Shown here: positions 47,742 through 58,932 of the stretch, piece after piece
Layout: each line of letters opens with the position of its first letter
Numbering within the stretch: position 1 is the first letter of the stretch
Virus record (IMG/VR): IMGVR_UViG_3300042937_000216
Coordinates: 58,453 to 122,452 of that record
Source: a virus
Length of the DNA stretch: 64,000 bases
Direction: 5' to 3' (one strand)
Translations under genes and position numbers: made by a program
Notes under the pieces: generated by a model
What the model saw: only the letters and a program-made list of their open reading frames with translations
Database searches by the model: none
Told to the model about the DNA's origin: nothing

Positions 47742-49322
47742 ATGGCTGTAATCCAGATATCTAAAATTCAAGTCCGTAGAGGCTTACAAGAAAATCTACC
47801 ACAACTAGCAAGTGGCGAAATGGGCTGGTCTGTTGACGAACAACGTCTATGGATTGGTAATGGTACTACTGTTGAGGGTGCGCCAGAAATTGGTAACACT
47901 GAGGTATTAACAGCTACTAGTGATATTCTATCAGCCATTGATTCATTTGTGTTTAAAGGTGACGAGTCTACGTACACTAGTCGCACAGGCAGTTCACTAA
48001 CTACTCCAGTAGTTCGTACCTTACAACATAAAATAGATGAACAAATTAGTGCTAAAGACTTTGGCGCCAAAGGTGACGGAGTAACTGATGATACAGTGGC
48101 TCTACAACGTGCTATCGACCAAGTATATCCAAGAGATTACTATGCTATAGTTGGTGTTCGTCGTAGATTACATATACCAGCTGGTACATATATTACCACA
48201 GCTAACCTACGTATCCCTAGTTTTGCTAGTATTTCGGGTGATGGTCCTAGAAGCACTATCATTAAAATGACTGCTTATGATGATGCTGTAGTACAATTTA
48301 AAGATAACTTTGGTAATGTTGGCGCAACAATTAATCCAACAATATACGATGCTCCATTCCAAATTGATCTTAACAACTTAACATTACAATCTACTGCGGA
48401 TGCTACCTTGGCAGTGATAGATAGTGCGCAATTCATTACATTTAATCGAGTACGATTTCAGGGAAATCTTACAGCACCGACAACTAATACCGGATTCTTA
48501 CTAGGGGCCGCCATATTAGATTCTGTAGCAGAAACAAACAATGTAACATTTAATGGTTGCGAATTTGCTAGAGTCTTATATGGCGCAGGTATTTCAGCAG
48601 CCGCTAACGGTACTAAAGCAATCACATTCAACGATTGTTTATTTGATACTGTTTATCGTGGTGTTTACGCTAGGACTGATGGCTCATTGAGCCCACAGGG
48701 TGTTAAAGTAATTGGATCTATTTTTGCCAACGTAGCTGGACAAGGTATATATTCAGCTGATGATAGTTCTATTACATCAGCATTCAACCTGTATAGAACA
48801 GTAGGGTTTGGTAATGCTACTTCTGTAACTAGCTCAGTGGCAAATACCGCAGTTATTTCATGGGCAACTCCAAACAACTACAGTATCGCTGATCAATTTG
48901 AAAGATCTGTTGCTGATCAAGCAGTTGTTCCATTAATTGCTCCACTATCAGATAACAACTTTACCAGTACCACTACACAGATTTCCGCTTCAGGTGCTAC
49001 TGTAGACACTCCGGGTGTCATTGCTAATTTAGTTAATAATAGTTCAACTGTTACTTCGCTAGTTTTACAATCAGCGGTACCAAGCGCAATTATCGATTAC
49101 AGAATCACACGTGGTACTGACAGTCGTTCTGGAACTATTAAAGTAGCACACAACGCTGGCGCAGACGTAAAATACGATGACGAATACTCAGAAAGCGCAA
49201 ACATTGGTGTTGTATTAGAGTTCTTTGGTAATACTACTTCAGATACTGCCACGTTAAGAGCAAATGTAAGTTCAGCAGGTAACGCTGCTATACTAAGATA
49301 CACAGTTAGATCATTCATATAA
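47742..49322 (+). CDS. virion protein with a pectate-lyase-like beta-helix
   Basis: KIQVRRG....[33 protein letters not shown]; TAAATA at 47711. Confidence 0.8.
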   Translation: MAVIQISKIQVRRGLQENLPQLASGEMGWSVDEQRLWIGNGTTVEGAPEIGNTEVLTATSDILSAIDSFVFKGDESTYTSRTGSSLTTPVVRTLQHKIDEQISAKDFGAKGDGVTDDTVALQRAIDQVYPRDYYAIVGVRRRLHIPAGTYITTANLRIPSFASISGDGPRSTIIKMTAYDDAVVQFKDNFGNVGATINPTIYDAPFQIDLNNLTLQSTADATLAVIDSAQFITFNRVRFQGNLTAPTTNTGFLLGAAILDSVAETNNVTFNGCEFARVLYGAGISAAANGTKAITFNDCLFDTVYRGVYARTDGSLSPQGVKVIGSIFANVAGQGIYSADDSSITSAFNLYRTVGFGNATSVTSSVANTAVISWATPNNYSIADQFERSVADQAVVPLIAPLSDNNFTSTTTQISASGATVDTPGVIANLVNNSSTVTSLVLQSAVPSAIIDYRITRGTDSRSGTIKVAHNAGADVKYDDEYSESANIGVVLEFFGNTTSDTATLRANVSSAGNAAILRYTVRSFI

Positions 49323-49325
49323 TAT

Positions 49326-49787
49326 ATGTATACCAACTTTTGGAATCTACGAGTGTCGGACCGACTTTCGCAATGGAAGGATGTCCGCCATACGCTAAGT
49401 GATCTACCACTAGAATCTGCGGTAGCTGAACTTAATCAAATGTGGAGCACTGCTCCATTTATTGGCTATTACCTACCACCAGATAATCCGGTTGAATGGC
49501 CAGATCCTTGGACATTGTTAGCCGAAAACTACTATTGCGATGTTGCTAAATCACTAGGAATGCTGTATACTATATACTTCACTAGTCATAAAACAGTTCC
49601 ATTAGAACTTAGAGTATATTATGATTTTAAAGAAAAGAACAGATACAATGTAGTGTGGATTGATGATGGGAAATATATTCTTAATTACTGGCCCTACGAG
49701 ATAGTAAATACAAAACAAATAGAAGAAACAGAATTACAATTACTGTACAGTTATACAACAGAAGATCTACAGTTAGACAAATATTAA
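49326..49787 (+). CDS. conserved hypothetical protein
   Basis: W..AP, WPDPW.L..EN.YC. Confidence 0.7.
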   Translation: MYTNFWNLRVSDRLSQWKDVRHTLSDLPLESAVAELNQMWSTAPFIGYYLPPDNPVEWPDPWTLLAENYYCDVAKSLGMLYTIYFTSHKTVPLELRVYYDFKEKNRYNVVWIDDGKYILNYWPYEIVNTKQIEETELQLLYSYTTEDLQLDKY

Positions 49788-49801
49788 AAGAGGTTATTCA
49801 A

Positions 49802-52123
49802 GTGAGTATTATTCAAGTCACAAAACGCAGTGGAGCACGAGTGCCTTTGGCAGTTGACAAATGGCAAGCGCAGGTTACAAAGGTATGTGCTGGTATTGCT
49901 GATGTAAGTCAGTCAATGATTGAAATCAAAGCACAACCACACTTTTACGATGGTATCAGCACACGTGAAATTGACGAAATTACACTGCGAGCGATTGTTG
50001 ACTTGATCGACGTAGAATCAAATCCAGATGTAGGTCATGTAAACTATCAACACGTAGCAGGTAAACAGCGTTTATCAATGCTGCGCAAAGATGTATATGG
50101 CGACTATGAACCTCCTCATCTATATGAAATTGTTAAGACTAACGTAGCCACTGGGTTATATACTCCAGAACTGCTAGAATGGTATAGTCAAGAAGATTGG
50201 AATAAGATGAATGATTTCATCGAACATGCCAAAGACGAAGAATATAGTTATGCTGCGATTGAACAGTTAATCGAGAAATACCTTGTACGTAACCGCAGTA
50301 CTAAACAAATCTACGAAACTCCTCAGGTGCGTTACATGGTTGCTGCGGCAACAGTAATGCACAAAGAACATCTGAATCAAAGATTAAAATTTATCAAGGA
50401 ATACTACAATGCCGCTAGCGATGGCCTTTTCACTCTTGCTACACCTGTGCTTGCTGGTCTTGGTACCCCAACTAAGCAATTTTCTAGCTGTGTACTTATT
50501 CGCAGTGACGATGATCTTGATAGTATTTTTGCTAGTGGGGAAATGATGGCCAAGTATGCTAGTAAGCGTGCTGGCATTGGTTTAGAAATAGGTCGTTTGC
50601 GCCCCTTAGGGAGTCCTATACGAGGCGGTGAGATCATGCACACAGGTATGATTCCTTTCCTTAAGAAGTGGTTTGGTGATCTACGTAGCTGTTCGCAAGG
50701 CGGTATACGTAACGCATCAGCTACTGTGTTTTATCCTATCTGGCATCATCAGTTTGATGATTTGATTGTGTTGAAAAACAATCAAGGAACAGAAGAAACC
50801 CGTGTTCGTCATATGGACTATGGCGTGGTATTATCTAGCTTCTTCTGGCGCAGATTTAAGAACAAAGAAATGATTACATTCTTTGATCCTAACGAAGTAC
50901 CTGACTTATACGAAGCGTTCTATAAAGATACAGCTAAGTTCGAAGAGCTTTATGTTAAGTATGAAAAACAAAAAGGTCTACGTAAGAAACAAATGGCCGC
51001 CGAAGAAGTATTCAAAGGTGGTATATTGAAAGAGCGTACAGATACAGGTCGTATCTATTTGGTGTTCATTGACAACGTAATGAACCAAGGTCCGTTTGAC
51101 CCAGAGTATCACACTATCTATCAAAGTAATCTGTGTTGCGAAATTTTACTACCCACTAAGAGTTTCAAACGATTAGATGACGCCGATGGTCGCATTGCCC
51201 TGTGTACATTAGGTAGTATAAATTGGGGTGCTTTCCGCAATCCAGAAGACATGCGACGTTCTTGTCGCATCCTACAACGTAGCTTATGTAACATCTTAGA
51301 CTATCAAGATTTCCTAAGCATACAAAGCAAGTTAAGCAACGATGAAATCCAACCTTTGGGTATTGGTATTACAAACTTAGCCTACTGGCATGCAAAACGT
51401 AGCTTCAAATATGGCGAAAAGGATGCCCTACAAGAAGTTAAATCTTGGATGGAGCATCAGGCATTCTATCTAACAGAAGCCACAGTTGAACTAGCTAAAG
51501 AACGTGGTGCTTGTCTACACAGTAGCAAGACACGTTATGGTAAAGGAATCTTTCCTTGGGAACTACGTGCTAAAGGCGTTAATGAACTAGCTGACTTTAC
51601 TCCAGAATTAGATTGGGAACAGTTACGTAGCGATATGCGTAGTTATGGTGTGCGTAATGCTACCCTAATGGCAGTGGCTCCAGTTGAAAGTTCTAGTGTG
51701 GTCATCAACTCAACTAACGGCATCGAAATGCCAATGAGTTTGATTTCAGTTAAAGAATCAAAAGCTGGCTCGTTTATACAGGTTGTTCCAGAATATCACA
51801 AGTTAAAGAATAAATATCAACTCATGTGGGAACAAACTGACTGTGCGGCCTACTTGAAAACTGCGGCTGTTATTGCAGCCTATGTAGATCAAAGTATTAG
51901 TACCAACACTTTCTATAATCCAGCACACTGGGCAGATCGTAAAGTACCAACTACATTGATTGCTAAGAACTTGATGCAGGCTCAATTGTGGGGTATTAAA
52001 ACATTCTACTATAGCTTGATTAACAAACAGGGCAGTAAAGCAGTAGCAGAAGATTTACCACCACAGACAAAACAAGTTGAAGAATATATTGAAGACGGGG
52101 AATGTGAATCTTGTAAGTTATAG
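49802..52123 (+). CDS. nrdA: ribonucleotide reductase class Ia alpha subunit
   Basis: ATP-cone-like VTKRSG, YETPQ, ATP, SSCVL, CSQGGIR, SNLCCEI, AP.ESSS, KT.YY, C-terminal CESC. Confidence 0.97.
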   Translation: MSIIQVTKRSGARVPLAVDKWQAQVTKVCAGIADVSQSMIEIKAQPHFYDGISTREIDEITLRAIVDLIDVESNPDVGHVNYQHVAGKQRLSMLRKDVYGDYEPPHLYEIVKTNVATGLYTPELLEWYSQEDWNKMNDFIEHAKDEEYSYAAIEQLIEKYLVRNRSTKQIYETPQVRYMVAAATVMHKEHLNQRLKFIKEYYNAASDGLFTLATPVLAGLGTPTKQFSSCVLIRSDDDLDSIFASGEMMAKYASKRAGIGLEIGRLRPLGSPIRGGEIMHTGMIPFLKKWFGDLRSCSQGGIRNASATVFYPIWHHQFDDLIVLKNNQGTEETRVRHMDYGVVLSSFFWRRFKNKEMITFFDPNEVPDLYEAFYKDTAKFEELYVKYEKQKGLRKKQMAAEEVFKGGILKERTDTGRIYLVFIDNVMNQGPFDPEYHTIYQSNLCCEILLPTKSFKRLDDADGRIALCTLGSINWGAFRNPEDMRRSCRILQRSLCNILDYQDFLSIQSKLSNDEIQPLGIGITNLAYWHAKRSFKYGEKDALQEVKSWMEHQAFYLTEATVELAKERGACLHSSKTRYGKGIFPWELRAKGVNELADFTPELDWEQLRSDMRSYGVRNATLMAVAPVESSSVVINSTNGIEMPMSLISVKESKAGSFIQVVPEYHKLKNKYQLMWEQTDCAAYLKTAAVIAAYVDQSISTNTFYNPAHWADRKVPTTLIAKNLMQAQLWGIKTFYYSLINKQGSKAVAEDLPPQTKQVEEYIEDGECESCKL

Positions 52124-52179
52124 CGTGTAAACTATAAGTTTTCTGTAAACTATGATAAATAAGTTTATAGGAGACTTCA

Positions 52180-52848
52180 ATGGATTATCGAAAAATATAT
52201 AACAATATTGTTGATAGAGGGCAGAATAGAATATTAGAAGGGTATAGTGAAAAACATCATATTGTTCCAAAGTGTATAGGCGGAACAGATGAAGAGAAAA
52301 ATTTAGTTTCGCTGACTCCAGAAGAGCATTATTTGTGTCATTTGTTGTTGGTTAGAATATACCCAAACAATATACGATTAGTTAAAGCAGCTATGTTTAT
52401 GGTATCATCAAACAATAATGTAAAAAGAAACAACAAAGCATACGGTTGGCTTAAGAGACAGTATTCTGAATATATGAAAGGCCCAAACAATCCATCTAAA
52501 TTAAATGGAACTTGGAATAAAGGTAAATCAGGATACAAGAATAAAGTAAATTTTTCAGATAAATCGTTAGAGTTGTTTTCTAATAGGATGAAGATGAATA
52601 ATCCGTGTGCTGGATTAAAACCGTGGAACCACCCAAGGGCAACAGATTATACTAAAAGTGTGTGGAAACGAGCAGATGAGATTTACAATATTTGGTTAAG
52701 TAGTAACAAACCTTCCTATTGTAAATTATATAGAATATTAAATGGTACAATGTACGATAACAAAACAATCAGCCCGTATATGAATATGGTAAAATATTTT
52801 AGAAATGGGTGGATACCAACAAAAGATAACGAATGGGATAAACTATAA
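52180..52848 (+). mobile_element. free-standing HNH homing endonuclease between nrdA and nrdB
   Basis: YSEKHHIVPKCIGG.D...NLV.LTPEEHY.CH.LL; own TAAATA at 52156; more AT-rich than the flanks. Confidence 0.88.
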
Positions 52849-53949
52849 ATGTCAAAAGAACAATACGATTTAAGTACTAAAACAGACTATCTACATCGCA
52901 AGATGTTTTTGGATCCAGCAGGTCCGGTAACTATCCAGCGGTTTGAAGAAGTTAAATATAATAAGATTGCTAACTTTGAAGCTACAGCCCGCGGTTTCTT
53001 TTGGCAACCAGAAGAAGTTAGCCTAAGTAAAGATGCTAACGACTTTAAAGATGCTAGTGATGCTGTTAAACATATCTTTACCAGCAACCTGCTACGTCAA
53101 ACAGCATTAGATAGTCTACAAGGCCGCGCACCTAATCAAGTATTTGGACCAGTAGTAAGTATTCCAGAACTAGAAGCACTTATCAGCAACTGGAGTTTCT
53201 TTGAAACTAACATTCATAGTAAGAGCTACAGCCACATTATTCGTAATATCTATAATATACCAAAGGATGTGTTTAACACCATTCACGATACACAAGAGAT
53301 TGTGGGCATGGCCAGTACCATCGGCAACTACTATGATAAATTACATCAAATTAATTGTCGTAAAGAGATGGGCGAAAAGGTAACAGAAACAGAACACATC
53401 AAAGCAATTTGGTTAGCTTTACATGCTAGCTATGGACTAGAAGCATTCCGCTTTATGGTTAGCTTTGCTACTAGCTTGGCCATGGTAGAGAACAAGATCT
53501 TTATTGGCAACGGTAATATCATTAGTCTAATCCTACAAGATGAACTACTACACAAAGAGTGGACTGCGTTCTTAATTAATCAAGTGGTAAAAGAAGATCC
53601 GCGCTTTGCTGCGATCAAAGCAGAATGCGAAGCTGAAGTATATCAAATGTACCTAGATGTCATCCGTGAAGAAAAGTTCTGGGCCGATTATCTATTTAAA
53701 ATGGGTCCAGTTATTGGCTTAAACGCTAATATATTGAAAGATTTTGTTGATTATACAGCCGTAGATGCTCTAAAACAAATTGGTATTAGATACCAAAGCC
53801 CAGCACCAAAGACTACTCCTATTCCTTGGTTTAATAAGCACAGCGATACAAGTAAAAAACAAACAGCCCTACAAGAATCAGAGTCAACTAACTACGTCAT
53901 TGGTGTAATGGGCGATAGTATTGACTATGATGAATTACCAAGTTTATAA
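52849..53949 (+). CDS. nrdB: ribonucleotide reductase class Ia beta subunit
   Basis: FFWQPEEV, Q..LDSLQGR, E.NIHS.SY, LEA.RF.VSF, I..DE.LH, ALQE.E...Y. Confidence 0.96.
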   Translation: MSKEQYDLSTKTDYLHRKMFLDPAGPVTIQRFEEVKYNKIANFEATARGFFWQPEEVSLSKDANDFKDASDAVKHIFTSNLLRQTALDSLQGRAPNQVFGPVVSIPELEALISNWSFFETNIHSKSYSHIIRNIYNIPKDVFNTIHDTQEIVGMASTIGNYYDKLHQINCRKEMGEKVTETEHIKAIWLALHASYGLEAFRFMVSFATSLAMVENKIFIGNGNIISLILQDELLHKEWTAFLINQVVKEDPRFAAIKAECEAEVYQMYLDVIREEKFWADYLFKMGPVIGLNANILKDFVDYTAVDALKQIGIRYQSPAPKTTPIPWFNKHSDTSKKQTALQESESTNYVIGVMGDSIDYDELPSL

Positions 53950-53961
53950 GAGAGAGAAAAA

Positions 53962-54213
53962 ATGCTAACAGTATATAGTAAAAACAATTGCCCATTTTGC
54001 GAGCAGGCCAAAGGTCTACTAACAAAGAAAGGAATATCATTTGACGTAGTGAAGATTGATGAAGATAACGAAGCACGTGAATGGTTGCTAGAACAGAATC
54101 ATCGTACAGTGCCACAACTATATTTAGATGGTGAACTCTTTGTAGAAGGTGGTTACCAAGGGTTAGCTCGATTGTCTGACGAAGAATTAACAGCTAGATT
54201 AGCAGGAGCATAA
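53962..54213 (+). CDS. glutaredoxin
   Basis: YSK..CPFC..AK.LL, RTVPQ, GGY. Confidence 0.92.
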   Translation: MLTVYSKNNCPFCEQAKGLLTKKGISFDVVKIDEDNEAREWLLEQNHRTVPQLYLDGELFVEGGYQGLARLSDEELTARLAGA

Positions 54214-54214
54214 A

Positions 54215-54493
54215 ATGGCAAAACTAACAATATATGTAGATAACGGCATTCGTTCTACAGTGGCAAGACAGCAATTAAAAAATTTAAGCATTGACTTCGA
54301 TGAAGTTAACGTAGGTGCTAACGTACAAGCGGCAGAATTTTTAGTAACTTCTAACCGTCCTGTGAGTAAATTTCCATTACCCCAATACTATGTAGGTGAA
54401 ACATTAGCTTGGGAAAATGGTTATAAAGATATTGCGGAATTGTCCGCAAGTGAGATCAATCAACGAGTAGAGGATATCAATGCTAGTAGCTAA
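54215..54493 (+). CDS. glutaredoxin-fold protein lacking CxxC
   Basis: LTIY...S..A...L....I.F.EVNV, LPQ.Y, NGY align with the upstream Grx; contains no Cys. Confidence 0.6.
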   Translation: MAKLTIYVDNGIRSTVARQQLKNLSIDFDEVNVGANVQAAEFLVTSNRPVSKFPLPQYYVGETLAWENGYKDIAELSASEINQRVEDINASS

Positions 54494-54785
54494 CAAGTAT
54501 GAAAAAGACGACATCGTAACATTTAAATTAGTCAACGGTGACGAAATTGTAGCAAAAATTGTAGAAGAGAATGATCAAGGGTATGTGATTAACAAACCTT
54601 GTACGGTAATGCCTAGCCAACGTGGTATCGGTTTACTACAGAGTTTGTTCACCAGTGAGTTGGGCAAGAGTGTTACATTAGGTAAAAATCATGTAATGTT
54701 TCATGCTACTACACAAAAAGAAATAGTAAATCACTATATTCAAACTACTACTGGTATTGAACCAGCAAGTGGTATTATTACCTAG
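54480..54785 (+). CDS. hypothetical protein (possibly Sm-like fold)
   Basis: KLVNGDEIVAK...P motif; C-terminal Y...TTGI. Confidence 0.65.
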   Translation: MLVANKYEKDDIVTFKLVNGDEIVAKIVEENDQGYVINKPCTVMPSQRGIGLLQSLFTSELGKSVTLGKNHVMFHATTQKEIVNHYIQTTTGIEPASGIIT

Positions 54786-54794
54786 GAATAAGAT

Positions 54795-56264
54795 ATGTCA
54801 GACATGATCGCTAGCGCACGGAATATGACGGTAGTTGCCGAGGGGCAATATAATACCGTTGGATTACCCAAAGGGTCATTGACACCGGCAACTATTACCG
54901 CAATGGTTGGCTTTTCTAAAGGGGAAGGCTTACAGATACATCCAGATGTTACTGCGGCAGCTACTAAGTTACAACAGGTATACTTAACTAATCCATCATT
55001 GGGGGCGTCGGCCAACGCCGCGGCGTCATCGTTACTAACTACCGCAAACAATATGATGGCAGGTGGCCCAGGCGGCTTTATGCAGAAATTCAATCAAGCT
55101 CGCGCACATATTGGTGATGCTATAGAATTAAAGAAAGTAACAGCATTTTGCTCTAACGTTAACTTAAAAAGTTTTGGTAGTGGAATTGAAAAAATCAGTG
55201 ACCTAGCAGATCAAGGTCTGACATCTTCATTAGGCGACTTATCTAAAGTAGGTGACTGTATGAGTGCTACGGGTGGCATGTTTAATATGAGTGACATGGC
55301 TAGCTTTGGCAAATCGGCCGGATTATTTAAACAACTAAAATCAAGTAAGATGGGAAATTCAACGGGCATTACTAGTATGCTAAAGAAAGTAGGCGTTGAC
55401 CCAGACGACATTGATAATCCAGTGTACAAGGATCGTATTGATTTGGCAATGTCTAAGATTAATGACCCTACAGTGCTTAATGCGGTTGCTGATCAGTTCA
55501 ATGTTAGTCCGCTAGGCGGACTACCTGATGTTAGTACTAAAAACTTAACCGAAACACTAAAGTCAACAGCAGGGGCTAATCCATTTGCGGGACTACCCAG
55601 TGCTGGGACAAACAACTCTTTAGATTCTGGAGCGACATCGGTAATTGGAGGCAGCCAAACTACATATAATGTAAATTCTCCTCCACCTGCGTCGCTTCAA
55701 CCAGCAGCTGATTCATTAAAAGCATTTGCGGGTACATTGATTGCCAGCAGACAACAAGAACCAAGTGCTACACCTACTGGATGGGCTAACAATAATGACA
55801 AAGCCGCATTTGGAGCCACTGCTAAACCTAAAGTTGACCCGGATATTATTAAGAAAATTGAAGAGTTATTCCAAACTGTCATTAATGGATCAAAAGAATA
55901 TGTAGACGCAGGTATAGACATAGTAAGTCAGTATATGTCTATTGACCCTAAGGCCGCAGATGCCGATGCCCATTTAGCAACAGTGCGCAGCAATTTAAAG
56001 ACACAATATCAGAATAGATTGAACGATTTGGCAACAAAAATGTTTGCTGATGCCAATGAAGCAGGTAGACTTATTAATACTCTACCTTATAGTACAGACG
56101 CACAAAAAATTGATCGAAATACTTATGTTGCCCAACGAGACGGCCCAATTGAAAATCTTCTTAAGTTAGTTGACATAACTAATAAAAATGTAACCGCAGC
56201 TAGAAATGAAATATCGGGCAAAATATCTGCGGCTAAAGGTGGTTTGTCGGTTACTACAACATAG
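54795..56264 (+). CDS. hypothetical, possibly virion-associated protein
   Basis: 489-aa Gly/Ala/Ser-rich ORF. Confidence 0.6.
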   Translation: MSDMIASARNMTVVAEGQYNTVGLPKGSLTPATITAMVGFSKGEGLQIHPDVTAAATKLQQVYLTNPSLGASANAAASSLLTTANNMMAGGPGGFMQKFNQARAHIGDAIELKKVTAFCSNVNLKSFGSGIEKISDLADQGLTSSLGDLSKVGDCMSATGGMFNMSDMASFGKSAGLFKQLKSSKMGNSTGITSMLKKVGVDPDDIDNPVYKDRIDLAMSKINDPTVLNAVADQFNVSPLGGLPDVSTKNLTETLKSTAGANPFAGLPSAGTNNSLDSGATSVIGGSQTTYNVNSPPPASLQPAADSLKAFAGTLIASRQQEPSATPTGWANNNDKAAFGATAKPKVDPDIIKKIEELFQTVINGSKEYVDAGIDIVSQYMSIDPKAADADAHLATVRSNLKTQYQNRLNDLATKMFADANEAGRLINTLPYSTDAQKIDRNTYVAQRDGPIENLLKLVDITNKNVTAARNEISGKISAAKGGLSVTTT

Positions 56265-56274
56265 GAAAGTTATT

Positions 56275-57009
56275 ATGGCAATTGGAAGTTTAAAAGATTT
56301 AACAGATCTTAAAAATTTAGTCAGTAAAGATAAGTTAGAAGGCATCAAAGGCGATCTGACCACAATGGGCGAAAAGATGAAAGATCTTGGCGCTAGCCTT
56401 AAGGACAGCGATGCGGCTAAACAACTAATGGGCAGTATAGACATGCCAGCTGTGCCTAACCTTGACGGCAAATTTAGTAGTCTTAAAGATATGATGGCAG
56501 AGCATGCTCCTACTCTTGAGGGACTAACCGGAACAGGATCGGGCCCACTAGGAGTACCATCAATGCAGGATTTTATGGGGCCAACCGCAGGTGGAGCAGA
56601 AGTAAAAGCACTGCTCAGTGGTTCTATAGATGCTGATGCTATTAGTAATCTAAATGGCATGGTTACCAAATCTCAAGGATTGTTTACTGCGGCAGGCATT
56701 GACATAGCCGAAGTACCAAAGATAAATTTAGGCACACTTATGAATGCCGCTACTAGCCTACACAAAATTGGTGCCGAAGCAAACGGCGCTGGGTCAGCCG
56801 ATATACTTAAACAAATGATCCCAACTAGTGGCAACGCCGCTGTGTTTGGTGACGCAATTAAATCAGCTATGGCAGAAGGTAAAAACAAAGCAGCAATGTT
56901 GGCCGCTGGAATTAAACCACCATCATTTAATCCTATGGAAAATTTACCCAGTGCTCCGGATAATATAGGTAGTCAAGCGGCGGTTAACCTGCTCAGCGGC
57001 GGAGGTTAG
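56275..57009 (+). CDS. hypothetical, possibly virion-associated protein
   Basis: AGGA SD favours ATG 56275; LTGTGSGPLG.P...DF.G, A..EG.N motifs. Confidence 0.6.
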   Translation: MAIGSLKDLTDLKNLVSKDKLEGIKGDLTTMGEKMKDLGASLKDSDAAKQLMGSIDMPAVPNLDGKFSSLKDMMAEHAPTLEGLTGTGSGPLGVPSMQDFMGPTAGGAEVKALLSGSIDADAISNLNGMVTKSQGLFTAAGIDIAEVPKINLGTLMNAATSLHKIGAEANGAGSADILKQMIPTSGNAAVFGDAIKSAMAEGKNKAAMLAAGIKPPSFNPMENLPSAPDNIGSQAAVNLLSGGG

Positions 57010-57010
57010 T

Positions 57011-57733
57011 GTGTACCTAAATCCGGTTATAGAATATAAAAATATAACCAATTGGATCACTCCTCTGATTAATCGAGAGATTAAGCCGCGTCAATTTGTT
57101 CGTCATCTCGGTAGTTTTCTTAACTCATCTCATCCTGTTAGAGTTAAACTAATTGAAGCTGACCCTGAATATTTAGAGCCAAATGATTTTAGTATTGGTG
57201 CTGAGTATGATCCAGATCTAGATGAGCAATGTAAAAAACAGTTAATTATTAATTTCTTTATTAACTGTCCTAAAATTAAACCTTGGCTTATAACCACAGA
57301 TATTGCGGCACGATTTACTCTAGAACTAGTTGAAGCACTAGTACACGAATATCAACACCAACATCAATATCGTAGTCGTAGATATAGACTACATAAAGAA
57401 CACTTTGTCAGTGAGCATGAAGATCTAGAAGTACGTAGTGAGCAGGAGTATTTTGGAAATCCAGATGAAATTGATGCCTATGGTGCTAATATAGCGGCCA
57501 GATTATTCCTACAAGAACGAGTATTAAATACACTAGTAGACAACGAAACATTGTGGTGTGATAGCAGTTTAGATCTACGTAATTATATTAAAGCATTTGG
57601 CGCTGAACACAGCATTGTACAACAGCTACTAACTAAAATTAGAACTAACATACAATACCTTAAGGATGTCGACGATGGCAAAATACGAAGAAAAAATTAC
57701 ACTAGAACTAGAAACAGAAGATGTCGAGTTTGA
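57011..57733 (+). CDS. putative HExxH zinc metallopeptidase
   Basis: LVHEYQH..Q and Y...PDEIDAY. Confidence 0.65.
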   Translation: MYLNPVIEYKNITNWITPLINREIKPRQFVRHLGSFLNSSHPVRVKLIEADPEYLEPNDFSIGAEYDPDLDEQCKKQLIINFFINCPKIKPWLITTDIAARFTLELVEALVHEYQHQHQYRSRRYRLHKEHFVSEHEDLEVRSEQEYFGNPDEIDAYGANIAARLFLQERVLNTLVDNETLWCDSSLDLRNYIKAFGAEHSIVQQLLTKIRTNIQYLKDVDDGKIRRKNYTRTRNRRCRV

Positions 57734-57905
57734 TGAAATTGAACCAGAAGACTATGTGTTTATAGTCAAAGCCGACGGTACGTTAAAGTCAGTATTGTTT
57801 CCGGAAGAAGAGCAATTTGAATACAGCGAAGAATTGATGCGAGTATTTAACGTATTTGATGTTGACGATCCTGCCGAATTAACAGGCAACCACACCATAC
57901 ACTAA
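57675..57905 (+). CDS. small acidic hypothetical protein
   Basis: EDYVFI...DG.LK.V.FP; ends in TIH. Confidence 0.65.
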   Translation: MAKYEEKITLELETEDVEFDEIEPEDYVFIVKADGTLKSVLFPEEEQFEYSEELMRVFNVFDVDDPAELTGNHTIH

Positions 57906-58138
57906 CACCATCGCAGTAGAAATGCTGTAACCTGTTCCTCTGACTCTAATGCTACTGTCATGCCTTCTTGGTGTAGTCTACCTCGAGGTAAGTGTTCATC
58001 CATCCACAGATATATCTCTGATTCGTGTTTAATCCAATAACTGATATCAGCAATAACAAGATAGTAGTAGGGCATTTCGTGATCAAACGGACCACTTGCG
58101 ATAAACTTACGTCCGTTGGCACCGTCTAATATACTCAA
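57902..58138 (-). CDS. small hypothetical protein (FLLRW-tail family)
   Basis: C-terminus EEQVTAFLLRWC. Confidence 0.65.
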   Translation of the reverse strand: MSILDGANGRKFIASGPFDHEMPYYYLVIADISYWIKHESEIYLWMDEHLPRGRLHQEGMTVALESEEQVTAFLLRWC

Positions 58139-58929
58139 AATGAGACCTTTTCTAATTCAAGTATGCTGTCACTGTTTACCACAGTGCGCAGGTCGTCTAA
58201 GTTTACCACACGACCGATAACAGGTTGTCCTGTGTAGTGTAGTAATTTTTCTAAACCATGCGAGGCTAAAAACTCTGGTGCGTGAGATTTCCACCAATTG
58301 ATGTATGCAGATATAGAAAAATCATGATAGCCGTGGTCTTCACGTGTTTCTATGTATATCCCAGGTTTAACAAAGTCATGAAATCTACAGGTCTGTAGGA
58401 TGTTTGAATAATCATTCTGCTGATATGCTAGTAATGGAATGTGCCCTACATAGGGATTCTGTACTTTAATATCTCCAAACTCCATAAACAATTTATGATC
58501 AAACGACTCAGCCAAGGCAAACCCTTCGTCATTGAACCATTCTATTTGTAAGTGAAATCGTTTGTTTAGGTTAGAGCAATCAATATCCATAAACTCAACT
58601 TTGTGTAGACAAAAGTGTAGTTCGTGTAATAGGTTATCGAATTCTGCTGGTATGCTGTTAAACCCATTGGCTAATGTTTGTTCTATATGTTTATGTAGGC
58701 GAGTGGTTTCGGCTACTGTTTTAATATGGTCAGTAAACTGCCAACCTAATTTATCGTTGGCTTCTGCTACTAGATCATTTAGGTATTCAATCGAATATTT
58801 GCGCTCATCACGAAAGATTGGGAACTCTCTGGCATAATTGTCTAAGAACAGTTCTTTCCATTGTTCTAGAACAGGATGTTCACGTAGGGCAACTTCTAAA
58901 GGTGGTTGGTCTTTAAATTGAATCAGCAT
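58135..58929 (-). CDS. hypothetical protein
   Basis: LH..IE, ELH..LH..E helical motifs; Y.GH. Confidence 0.65.
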   Translation of the reverse strand: MLIQFKDQPPLEVALREHPVLEQWKELFLDNYAREFPIFRDERKYSIEYLNDLVAEANDKLGWQFTDHIKTVAETTRLHKHIEQTLANGFNSIPAEFDNLLHELHFCLHKVEFMDIDCSNLNKRFHLQIEWFNDEGFALAESFDHKLFMEFGDIKVQNPYVGHIPLLAYQQNDYSNILQTCRFHDFVKPGIYIETREDHGYHDFSISAYINWWKSHAPEFLASHGLEKLLHYTGQPVIGRVVNLDDLRTVVNSDSILELEKVSF

Positions 58930-58932
58930 ACT

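Noticed and set aside
49802-53949. Intron or intein in nrdA or nrdB
   Set aside because: Both genes are continuous and of normal length; the HNH gene lies between them.
54795-57009. Programmed frameshift or readthrough joining the two low-complexity ORFs
   Set aside because: The second ORF has its own SD and ATG at 56275, and no slippery site was evident.
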